Source: Bdellovibrionales bacterium
GTDB taxonomy: Bacteria > Bdellovibrionota > Bdellovibrionia > Bdellovibrionales > UBA1609
Length of the DNA stretch: 64,000 nt
Direction: 5' to 3'
Assembly (NCBI GenBank): GCA_965199825.1
Contig: OZ241329.1
Coordinates: 1,504,001-1,568,000 of the forward strand
Position 1 is the stretch's first letter. The number at the start of each line of letters is the position of its first letter. The translations under genes and the position numbers were made by a program. Under the pieces are notes generated by a model. The model ran no database searches, was not told the origin of the DNA, and was given only the letters and a program-made list of their open reading frames with translations. Positions 1 to 8,426 of the stretch are shown one piece after another.

Positions 1-999
1 GTGATGACCGCTTTTGCTCTTGTGATGGGATTGATTGCAGTGCATCTGCTTCATCCAGGTACCGGTACTCCGCTCCCTCCACCAACCGCAGTGGCTCAAG
101 AGTATGTTCAAAAGCCACAAACCACACTCGAAACCATCGAGCATATCGTTCCCCGAAGTTTTGTTGAGGCGGCCGCCCAAAATGATATTTTAGAAGTGAT
201 TTTCTTTTCTGTTCTTTTTGCGTTGGCCCTCACACAAGTCGATATTCCTCACAAAAATGTGATGCTCGGGGTGTGTCGCTCCCTGGCTCAAATTATGTTT
301 AAATTCATTGGTATCGTAATGAATTTTGCGCCGATTGCGGTTGGGGCATCCATTGCGGTGGCGGTGGGTCAATCGGGATTGCAGGTCATCGCCAATCTGA
401 GTTGGCTTGTGCTCACTCTTTATTTGGCCTTGGTTGCGTTAATTTTATTGTTCTTTGTGCCCACACTTTATTTTTTAAAAATTTCGATTCCTAAATTTTT
501 TGCTGCGGTTCGTGAGCCTGCATTCTTGGCTTTTAGTACGTCCTCATCAGAGGCCGCACTTCCGATTGCGCTTCGAAAAATGGTCGAGTTCGGAGTGCCT
601 GAGCACATCGTTTATTTTGTATTGCCCTTGGGCTATTCGTTCAACTTAGTGGGATCGACTCTTTATCTTTCGGTGGCCGCAATTTTTGTGGCCCAAGCTG
701 CAGATATTCATCTGACTTGGATGCAGCAATCGGCAATGATTTTGACTTTGTTAATCACAAGCAAAGGGGTTGCGGCTGTGCCTCGAGCCTCGATGGTTGT
801 GCTTTCGGCCACACTCACCAAATTCAATTTACCACTAGAAGGGATTGCGGTGATCCTAGGTGTAGACGCCATCATGGATATGGCGCGCAGTATGGTCAAC
901 GTGATCGGCAACTGTTTAGCGTCAGTTGTATTGTCGCATTGGGAATCGGCCACGCCAGTAAAGAAAATAATAAAGCACGCCGAAGAGAGCCCCACCTAA
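1..999 (+). CDS. Dicarboxylate/amino acid:cation symporter (DAACS, GltP/DctA family), 5' end outside the window
   Basis: AFSTSSSEAALP, LPLGYSFNL and MDMARSMVNVIGN motifs; many TM helices. Confidence 0.93.
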   Translation: MMTAFALVMGLIAVHLLHPGTGTPLPPPTAVAQEYVQKPQTTLETIEHIVPRSFVEAAAQNDILEVIFFSVLFALALTQVDIPHKNVMLGVCRSLAQIMFKFIGIVMNFAPIAVGASIAVAVGQSGLQVIANLSWLVLTLYLALVALILLFFVPTLYFLKISIPKFFAAVREPAFLAFSTSSSEAALPIALRKMVEFGVPEHIVYFVLPLGYSFNLVGSTLYLSVAAIFVAQAADIHLTWMQQSAMILTLLITSKGVAAVPRASMVVLSATLTKFNLPLEGIAVILGVDAIMDMARSMVNVIGNCLASVVLSHWESATPVKKIIKHAEESPT

Positions 1000-1527
1000 G
1001 TGGGCGCCGTGACCAATCGGCAGGCCACCGCCTTGGGCCTGTGCTGACAATCCCCAGAGATCAAGACCAACAAAGAGCACCGCACCAAACATGGCGGGCA
1101 TTGGAATAATCCAGAAGAGCAAAAGCTTTTCGCGCGGATACAGAAAGGAAAAAAGTAAAATCAATCCCGACAAGGCACCCGAAGCCCCAAGTGCCGGCAG
1201 TGCGGGTTCGTGGAGTAAAAACGCGGACACCAAACAATGGCAAAGCGAACTAAAAATTCCCGCACCAAGATAAAAAAATAAAAATCGTGGAACTCCTAAA
1301 ATACTTTCGACCAAGCCGCCAAAACTCCTCAGCACCATCATGTTGAGTAAAAAATGAATAAACAAATTGTGCGAAAAAACAGAGGTGAGCAAAGTCCAAT
1401 AGCGACCCTGTAATAAACCTTCCCAGCTGACCAGAAAATGGGTCGACATAAAACGAAAGTCACGTCCCCAAAAATAAAACACCACTAAATTTATAATTAA
1501 CAAGACCGGTATGGTTGAGCGTCTCAT
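922..1527 (-). CDS. Rhomboid intramembrane serine protease
   Basis: TSVFSH..HFLLNM, GASGA catalytic Ser, AHLGG catalytic His. Confidence 0.93.
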   Translation of the reverse strand: MRRSTIPVLLIINLVVFYFWGRDFRFMSTHFLVSWEGLLQGRYWTLLTSVFSHNLFIHFLLNMMVLRSFGGLVESILGVPRFLFFYLGAGIFSSLCHCLVSAFLLHEPALPALGASGALSGLILLFSFLYPREKLLLFWIIPMPAMFGAVLFVGLDLWGLSAQAQGGGLPIGHGAHLGGALFGVLYYFLYWRGRFPMRQYN

Positions 1528-2654
1528 CGGATAAAACGCGGTTTAGGTGGTAGGTTTGAAAGTAAAATCGAGTCACCAAATTTTTGTTTTAATTGATCCT
1601 TCAATTGTTCGACCTTTATTGTTTTTTCGTTATTAAATAAATTAAGTTGGATCTCTTGCCCTACCGATAAATTTCTCACGCTAATCCCTAAGAGTCTCAA
1701 AGGCAGGTTGGGATTTTTGTGTTCAATCAATAATTTCTGACCGATTTCGGCAATTTCTGCAGCCACACAGGTAGGCTGGCTAATCGATTTTGCCCGGGTC
1801 ACCGTAGTAAAATCGGGATAGCGAATTTTAATCTGCACCGTTTGGGCCGACATATTTTTTTTTCGTAGATCAGTGGCGATGTCTTCGCTCATGTCGCGCA
1901 AAAATCGCATCAAGTATTCCACTTGGGAAATGTTTTCGGCAAAGGTTCGCTCGGCTCCGATAGATTTTCGTTCATGCCGAGTTTCGACAATTCGATTGTC
2001 GATGCCCTTGGCCATTTTTTGAAAATCAGGAAACTGCGGGCTTTTTGCAAGTTGGGCACAGGTATGAATTCCGAGTTGGGCCAAGCGCGAGAGTGTTTTT
2101 GGTCCGATGCCAGGAAGTTTTGATACTGAGAGTGAACTCAAAAATTTTTCTTCATCACCCACCGGAATTTCTAACAGACCATCGGGTTTAGCAAAATCAG
2201 AAGCAATTTTAGCAAGCAGTTTATTGCTAGCAATCCCAACGGTGCAGGTCAGTCCGCTGACCTCGAGAACCGACTGTCTTATTTTTTTGCCGCTTTCGAC
2301 TCTTGAGGCATACAATCGTTCACATCCGGTGAGATCAAGATAGGCCTCATCAATCGAAACCTGTTGGACTTTGGGTGACAGATTTTCGAGGCTCTCAAAA
2401 ATAAGATGAGAATAATGCGAGTAATCTTTAAACTCAGGCTTCACCATCACAAGGGCAGGGCACAGTCTTCGAGCTTGGCCCACAGGCATAGCCGATCGCA
2501 CGCCAAACTTTCTTGCCTCATAGGAGCAACTGGCGACTACGCCGCGCGCACCAGTGCCACCCACTCCGACCGGCTTGCCGATCAGGCTGGGATTTTTGAG
2601 TCTTTCGACCGCAACAAAAAAGCAATCCATGTCGACATGGAGGATCCAAGACAT
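1524..2654 (-). CDS. dinB: DNA polymerase IV (Y family)
   Basis: HVDMDCFFVAVE, SYEARKFGVRSAMP, SIDEAYLD, KLLAKIASDFAKPDG. Confidence 0.96.
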   Translation of the reverse strand: MSWILHVDMDCFFVAVERLKNPSLIGKPVGVGGTGARGVVASCSYEARKFGVRSAMPVGQARRLCPALVMVKPEFKDYSHYSHLIFESLENLSPKVQQVSIDEAYLDLTGCERLYASRVESGKKIRQSVLEVSGLTCTVGIASNKLLAKIASDFAKPDGLLEIPVGDEEKFLSSLSVSKLPGIGPKTLSRLAQLGIHTCAQLAKSPQFPDFQKMAKGIDNRIVETRHERKSIGAERTFAENISQVEYLMRFLRDMSEDIATDLRKKNMSAQTVQIKIRYPDFTTVTRAKSISQPTCVAAEIAEIGQKLLIEHKNPNLPLRLLGISVRNLSVGQEIQLNLFNNEKTIKVEQLKDQLKQKFGDSILLSNLPPKPRFIR

Positions 2655-2724
2655 GAGGCTTTATATCGTCTTTTAGATTTTAAGTTTATTGAAAACATCT
2701 GGTATCATCAGCGCTGGAGGCAAT

Positions 2725-3162
2725 ATGAAGTATCTGCTCGTTTTATTGGTGTTTTCGTCGAGTGCTTTGGCCAAGACCACGAAGGTGGCCCATTTTGTTC
2801 TTTGGCAAGATGATGAGACCAAAAAGACCTCGATGGCCCAGCTCAAAAATTTTGGGGCGCATCTAAAAAAGTGCAAATATGAGCTCGAATTTTGTGGCAA
2901 CGACGTGGAAGTCGAAAAGATCGAAAAAGTATGTCATCAAACAGGCCAGCCTCAACCCCTTGTGAAGCAAACCCATCATGCTGCATTTGAGCAACTCGAC
3001 TTCAAGATACCTGTCGAAACTGAATTTTATAAAGTGAAACTTGAGGTCAGACACAATGCCTTACTCAATACGGGCGAAATTGAATTTTTAAATTCTGAAG
3101 GCGAAAATCTGCCCTTTGGAAAAAAGGCAGCGTTTTTTCAGCTCTTCCAAAACTGCCCTTGA
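2725..3162 (+). CDS. Hypothetical secreted protein
   Basis: GGAGG RBS before ATG 2725; signal peptide MKYLLVLLVFSSSALA. Confidence 0.7.
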   Translation: MKYLLVLLVFSSSALAKTTKVAHFVLWQDDETKKTSMAQLKNFGAHLKKCKYELEFCGNDVEVEKIEKVCHQTGQPQPLVKQTHHAAFEQLDFKIPVETEFYKVKLEVRHNALLNTGEIEFLNSEGENLPFGKKAAFFQLFQNCP

Positions 3163-3597
3163 ATGACCAATTATCTCGAAAGCTTTGGGTTTTATAATCG
3201 TTGGGCCAACGAAAGACTTTTTAAAACCCTCAAAAGCGAAATCAGTCCCAACATTCTAAATCTTCTTGCGCAGCAAATTGGTGCCGAAGAGTTGTGGATG
3301 GGGCGCATCCAAAAACCAAATGAAGATCTTAAAGCTGTTCAACCTGATTTTGTTTACCTTGAAAGACGCCGCAGAAGTCTTGATGAGGACTGGATTGATC
3401 TGGTCGAATCCAAATTAGATCTTGGGCGCAACGTTGAATATGAAACAATCACCGAGCCTCGCATGCGCCGCACAGCTCAGCTCGAAAGAATTTTGCTGCA
3501 CGTATTCAATAGCCAAACCTTTTCGCGTGGCCAGATTTGTGCCGAGCTCCAAAAACCACCGCCACTTGAAATGATTTATTTTTTTAGTGGTCGTTAG
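3163..3597 (+). CDS. DinB/YfiT-superfamily protein with degenerate metal site
   Basis: YNRWANERL N-terminus and ILLHVFNSQTFSRGQI resembling the HvfNHqtHHRGQ motif. Confidence 0.75.
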   Translation: MTNYLESFGFYNRWANERLFKTLKSEISPNILNLLAQQIGAEELWMGRIQKPNEDLKAVQPDFVYLERRRRSLDEDWIDLVESKLDLGRNVEYETITEPRMRRTAQLERILLHVFNSQTFSRGQICAELQKPPPLEMIYFFSGR

Positions 3598-4253
3598 GGT
3601 TCGGTAATTGCGATCGAGTCAATATAGGCAATACCAAATCGACCATCTCGAAGCGCCATATTTAGAGGCGTGATATTGACCCGAATCTTATCGCACATTT
3701 CGGCATTGAGCCTCAGAGTCCACACATCGGTATCTTGCAAAGGACTCTTCACCACAACACTGCAGAGGCCGCCGGTCTTTAAAAAAGCCTCAAATCCGTT
3801 GAGCTTTTCGATCACCACACTCTCAAATTGTTGAGGCTCTGAGGTATCGGTTTGGCGGTTTAAGACCTCCACCGCAGGAAGAACAATCAAGAGGGCACCA
3901 AGGGGAGCAAAAACCATTACCTTCCAGATCGAGGCCTTGAGACCACGTTGACGAAAAAAGGTCGACTTGGTCATCTTTAGCGAAAAGAACAGCAGAATCG
4001 TAAACATAATAAAAAACGGAAATGAATTTTCGAGCAATTCTTCGCGACGCAACACTTGGCTTAAAGGGTAGCCAAACAGGCGCTCCCCAAAATAGGCCGC
4101 CCAACAGGTGACAAAGATCGCAATCCAAATCACCTCGAGTTTTGGAATATAAAAGGGATCCTCGGCCCGACGATTTTTTGCCTGACTTTTGCGAATAAAT
4201 CCCCAAAGCGTTCCAACGAGTAGACCAAAGCCTAATGAAATCAATATGATCAT
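3594..4253 (-). CDS. Hypothetical membrane protein
   Basis: 219-aa ORF with about four hydrophobic helices. Confidence 0.65.
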   Translation of the reverse strand: MIILISLGFGLLVGTLWGFIRKSQAKNRRAEDPFYIPKLEVIWIAIFVTCWAAYFGERLFGYPLSQVLRREELLENSFPFFIMFTILLFFSLKMTKSTFFRQRGLKASIWKVMVFAPLGALLIVLPAVEVLNRQTDTSEPQQFESVVIEKLNGFEAFLKTGGLCSVVVKSPLQDTDVWTLRLNAEMCDKIRVNITPLNMALRDGRFGIAYIDSIAITEP

Positions 4254-4352
4254 AAGAAATTATCAACTCAATCAAAATCAAATGGCAATGACAAAAAACG
4301 TCGCCGGTTTTTACCTTACTTCAAGCGATCTCCACGAAGGGCCATTAGATTT

Positions 4353-4368
4353 GGGCATTGTGCTTGCT
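4353..4368 (+). promoter_or_regulatory. Putative sigma-54 promoter
   Basis: GGGCATTGTGCTTGCT fits GG-N10-GC, about 40 bp upstream of ATG 4410 with AGGAGG RBS. Confidence 0.55.
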
Positions 4369-4409
4369 GATATGTTGAGTGTGAAAAACATTTTTTAAGG
4401 AGGATTGCC

Positions 4410-5036
4410 ATGAAGGCAATTTTATTGACCCTGTTGATCTCAAGCCCAGTATGGGCAGCAACTCTTGATACTGTAAACGAAAAGTCCTTCGACGTTGAAG
4501 CCGAAGAGATGGATGTTTACGATCACGCTGCTTTAGAAAAAGCGGCTAAAGACGAAACCGCTCAGATGAATCACGATACAAAAGTGATGGATCAAAAGGT
4601 TTCAAGTCTCAAGCGCGAGAGTGATAGATTAAAGCAGAACGTAAAAAACCAATCCGATCGTTTTGCTGAATCAAAAAAACAAGGTGTTGAGATGAGTCGC
4701 AAAGTTGCTTTGCAACAACGTGATAAAGATCATGTTCAAAAAGATCTTGAAACCGCTCAATATAAATTGAAACAAAGCCAAGATCAGTTAGCAGATCGCA
4801 AAAATCAACTGGCCCAAACCAGAAGTCAGTTGAATGAGTTGAGTCACCAAAAAGCTTCGGCATTAAACCGAATTCACCGAGCTGAGCAACAGATTGCAAC
4901 TGCCGAAAGACAACTCGAGCGCTTAAAAAGCCAAAAGCAAAATTTAAAAAAGAATGTTGTTGAATTGAATCGAAGAGCTGATGCGAGCGAAGGACGTGCG
5001 CAAAAGTATCAGACCCGTTTAGCATCCTTACGCTAA
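4410..5036 (+). CDS. Secreted coiled-coil protein
   Basis: Signal peptide then long Q/K/E/L heptad region; strong RBS. Confidence 0.75.
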   Translation: MKAILLTLLISSPVWAATLDTVNEKSFDVEAEEMDVYDHAALEKAAKDETAQMNHDTKVMDQKVSSLKRESDRLKQNVKNQSDRFAESKKQGVEMSRKVALQQRDKDHVQKDLETAQYKLKQSQDQLADRKNQLAQTRSQLNELSHQKASALNRIHRAEQQIATAERQLERLKSQKQNLKKNVVELNRRADASEGRAQKYQTRLASLR

Positions 5037-5047
5037 ATTTTTTTAGA

Positions 5048-5087
5048 GGGTTGCGATGACGAACATGGATTGTTTGTCTTGCAACCC
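5048..5087. terminator. Long hairpin between convergent genes (terminator or regulatory)
   Basis: GGGTTGCGA-T-GACGAACA pairs with TGTTTGTC-TTGCAACCC; loop TGGAT. Confidence 0.55.
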
Positions 5088-5159
5088 GAATTTATGACAA
5101 CATATGACCTGTGATTTTTTTTACGCTTCAGCCTCACTTCGTGAGGTCTTGTCGAAACT

Positions 5160-5900
5160 CTAAACGCCCCATTCTGACCGAATCTTTGCAACCTCTTCGG
5201 GTGTCATCGCTTTTTTAAAACGAGCCCCAGATCGACCTTTGACTCGAGCTTCGCATTCGGCCCAAGTGGTATGCTGCTCGAGCTTTCCGTTGACCAAACT
5301 TAAATAACAAAAAGGAATTTTTTTTTGGGTGCGCTCTTTCATGTCGGGGAGGGCTTGGGGCTCAGGCAAAACATCAAGATCTAAACCGTAGCCACCCAAT
5401 GGTCCTTTGTAGAGAGCAGGCATTTGACCTTTTGAGTGCGCCACTGCGATCACATCGCAGCGCTCATTACCGGGTGTTCCGCGATGGCCGCGAACAAAAT
5501 TCCATGTGATGCGTTTGCGATCAATGGTGAGCACCGTGTTCATCAACTCTTGCCAAAGATCTTGATTGGTCACGTCTTTGCCATCGGCGGTTTTCCAACC
5601 GCGGCGTTGCCAACCAAAAACCCACTGAGTGATTCCACGAATTAAATAAACAGAGTCGGTAAATACCGAAATATTTTCTGTTCGTTCGCTTACAAATTGG
5701 AGACCGCGAAGGGCCGCCGTCATTTCCATCCGATTATTTGTTGTCGATGGGCTTGCACCACCCAGCTCCTGAACTTTCAAATCAGGTGTGAGCACCACCG
5801 AGGCCCATCCGCCGGGACCAGGGTTTCCTGAACATGCACCATCGCTGTAGATGATGATGTTGTCGGTTGAAACATTTTGACAATCAAAAGCTCGCTCCAT
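5160..5900 (-). CDS. rnhA: Ribonuclease HI with C-terminal hybrid-binding (viroplasmin-like) domain
   Basis: YSDGACSGNPGPGG, TTNNRME, TDSVY, VRGH..GNERCD; C-terminal TWAECEARVKG..ARFKK. Confidence 0.93.
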   Translation of the reverse strand: MERAFDCQNVSTDNIIIYSDGACSGNPGPGGWASVVLTPDLKVQELGGASPSTTNNRMEMTAALRGLQFVSERTENISVFTDSVYLIRGITQWVFGWQRRGWKTADGKDVTNQDLWQELMNTVLTIDRKRITWNFVRGHRGTPGNERCDVIAVAHSKGQMPALYKGPLGGYGLDLDVLPEPQALPDMKERTQKKIPFCYLSLVNGKLEQHTTWAECEARVKGRSGARFKKAMTPEEVAKIRSEWGV

Positions 5901-5949
5901 TAGGTTTCCTTATTACAAAATTAACCCTTGTACATTGAAGAGAGTATTT

Positions 5950-8388
5950 ATGAAATTTGGAAAGTTACAAAGCTTGCTTTTCGCGACATGTTGCGCGCCG
6001 GTCGTCAGCTTCGCGAGTGAGGCTGATTTAAGGCTTCCCGATCTCAATGTGAGCTTTAGCGGTCTTGGCGGCATTAGTGGTCATCAAATTCTTTGGAGCG
6101 GCATCTTGGTTGCTGTTTTGGGAATTCTTTTTGGACTTTATGAATTTGCCAAAATTAAAGCGCTACCCGTTCATCGTTCGATGTTGGAAATTTCAGAACT
6201 CATTTACGAAACCTGCAAAGCGTATATGATTCAACAAGGCAAACTTTTGTTGCTGCTCGAAGTTTTGATTGGTTTTTGTATCGTTGGCTATTTTGGACTG
6301 CTGATGAATTTTGAAACAAGCCGCGTGCTTCTCATATTGATGTGGTCATTTTTAGGTATAATCGGATCGTTCAGTGTGGCTTGGTTTGGAATTCGAATCA
6401 ACACTTACGCCAATAGCCGCACCACGTTTGCGTCTCTCGCAGGCAAACCCTATCCGGTCATGAGCATTCCGCTCCGCTCAGGAATGTCGATCGGTGTTGT
6501 ACTTATTTGTGTCGAATTGATTTTGATGATCGGCATTTTACTTTTTGTATCACCCGAAGCTGCGGGCTCTTGCTTTTTAGGATTTGCGATTGGCGAATCT
6601 TTAGGTGCTTCCGTTTTGCGAATTGCGGGTGGGATTTTCACAAAGGTTGCAGACATCGGATCTGATCTGATGAAAATCGTTTTTAAAATCAAAGAAGATG
6701 ATGCTCGAAACCCAGGCGTGATCGCCGATTGTGCAGGCGACAATGCGGGTGATTCGGTGGGCCCAACCGCCGATGGTTTCGAAACTTATGGTGTGACCGC
6801 AGTCGCTTTGATCAGCTTTATTTGTTTAGCTGTGGGGATGCAATTAAATCCCGATGGATCACGAACTCCTCTTGCAGGTGGAACCGACATCCAAGCCCGA
6901 TTTATCATTTGGGTTTTTGCAATGGCCACAATGATGATTGTGACATCGATCGCCTCTTATCTGATTAACAATTCCTATATGAAAAACAAATTTGGCAAAA
7001 GCGCCCGATTTGATTTTGAAATTCCGCTGACGTCATTGATGTGGTTGACCTCGATGGTGTCGATCTCGGTCACTTATATTTTAAGTTCGGTAATGCTCGG
7101 CGATCTGGCCGATGGTTTATGGTGGAAGCTCTCAACGATTGTCAGCTGCGGAACTTTAGCCGCGGCAGTCATCCCTGAAATCACAAAGATTTTTACTTCA
7201 TCAAAATCGATTCATGTGCACGAAGTGGTACAAGCCTCACGCGAAGGTGGAGCCTCGCTCAATATTCTTTCAGGGCTTGTCGCGGGTAATTTTTCGGCTT
7301 TTTGGAAGGGTATGGCGATTATTGGGTTAATGTTTGTAGCCTACAAAACAAGTTTACTTGGTCTTAACGCATTTATGATTCATCCAGCTGTTTTTGCCTT
7401 TGGCCTTGTGGCTTTTGGAATGTTGAGCATGGGTCCAGTGACCATCGCGGTGGATTCTTACGGACCTGTATCAGACAATGCTCAATCGGTATTTGAACTT
7501 TCACAAATCGAAACCTTGCCTGGCATTTCGCAAGAGATCCAAAAAGACTTTGGATTTAGTCCCAACTTTGAGCTCGGCAAAGAATTTTTAGAATCGAACG
7601 ATTCGGCTGGAAACACATTCAAAGCCACAGCAAAACCGGTGTTGATTGGTACAGCCGTGATCGGTGCAACCACAATGATTTTTTCGATCATTTTACTTTT
7701 AAATCTTAAGCTCGATCTGCTTGATCCAAAAGTTTTGTTCGGACTCATTGCGGGCGGCTCGGTGGTCTATTGGTTTACCGGAGCCTCCACCCAAGCGGTG
7801 GTTACCGGTGCCTATCGTGCGGTTGAATTTATCAAAGAAAATATTAAACTCACCGGGCAAAAAGCATCGGTGGAAGATTCCAAAAAAGTTGTTGAGATCT
7901 GTACCCAGTTTGCCCAAGCCGGAATGATTAATATTTTCCTCGTTGTGTTTTTAGGAACACTCGCTTTTGCATTTTTTGATGCTACATTTTTTGCGAGCTA
8001 TTTAATTGCGATCGCGATCTTTGGATTATTTCAAGCCATGTTTATGGCGAACGCCGGTGGAGCCTGGGACAACGCCAAAAAATTGGTCGAAGTAGACCTT
8101 AAAGAAAAAGGCACCGAACTTCATGCGGCTTGTGTGGTTGGTGACACGGTCGGTGATCCCTTCAAAGATACCGCATCGGTGGCGCTCAATCCCATTATCA
8201 AATTCACCACTCTGTTTGGTCTGCTCGCAGTGGAAATTGCGGTGAAGTTAACGGGTGAGCACACCTCGCAGCCTCCAATGGATGGTGGCGGAAATATTAC
8301 GCTCTATCTTGGCCTTGCCTGTTTTGCAGGAATGTTATTTTTTGTTTGGCGCTCGTTTTACGGAATGCGCATCAAAAAATCGAAGTAA
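5950..8388 (+). CDS. hppA: Membrane-bound H+/Na+-translocating pyrophosphatase
   Basis: GGIFTKVADIGSDL, EDDARNPGVIAD, DSYGPVSDNA, GGAWDNAKK, GDTVGDPFKDT. Confidence 0.95.
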   Translation: MKFGKLQSLLFATCCAPVVSFASEADLRLPDLNVSFSGLGGISGHQILWSGILVAVLGILFGLYEFAKIKALPVHRSMLEISELIYETCKAYMIQQGKLLLLLEVLIGFCIVGYFGLLMNFETSRVLLILMWSFLGIIGSFSVAWFGIRINTYANSRTTFASLAGKPYPVMSIPLRSGMSIGVVLICVELILMIGILLFVSPEAAGSCFLGFAIGESLGASVLRIAGGIFTKVADIGSDLMKIVFKIKEDDARNPGVIADCAGDNAGDSVGPTADGFETYGVTAVALISFICLAVGMQLNPDGSRTPLAGGTDIQARFIIWVFAMATMMIVTSIASYLINNSYMKNKFGKSARFDFEIPLTSLMWLTSMVSISVTYILSSVMLGDLADGLWWKLSTIVSCGTLAAAVIPEITKIFTSSKSIHVHEVVQASREGGASLNILSGLVAGNFSAFWKGMAIIGLMFVAYKTSLLGLNAFMIHPAVFAFGLVAFGMLSMGPVTIAVDSYGPVSDNAQSVFELSQIETLPGISQEIQKDFGFSPNFELGKEFLESNDSAGNTFKATAKPVLIGTAVIGATTMIFSIILLLNLKLDLLDPKVLFGLIAGGSVVYWFTGASTQAVVTGAYRAVEFIKENIKLTGQKASVEDSKKVVEICTQFAQAGMINIFLVVFLGTLAFAFFDATFFASYLIAIAIFGLFQAMFMANAGGAWDNAKKLVEVDLKEKGTELHAACVVGDTVGDPFKDTASVALNPIIKFTTLFGLLAVEIAVKLTGEHTSQPPMDGGGNITLYLGLACFAGMLFFVWRSFYGMRIKKSK

Positions 8389-8395
8389 AGAATTT

Positions 8396-8426
8396 CGGGC
8401 ACGACGGTTTGATCGTGCCCGTTTTT
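8396..8426 (+). terminator. Rho-independent terminator built from the GGGCACGA motif
   Basis: CGGGCACGA-8 nt-TCGTGCCCG followed by a T run, just after the hppA stop. Confidence 0.75.

Noticed and set aside
2655..2724. LexA box upstream of dinB
   Set aside because: No convincing palindrome shared with the SRAP or other repair-gene promoters.
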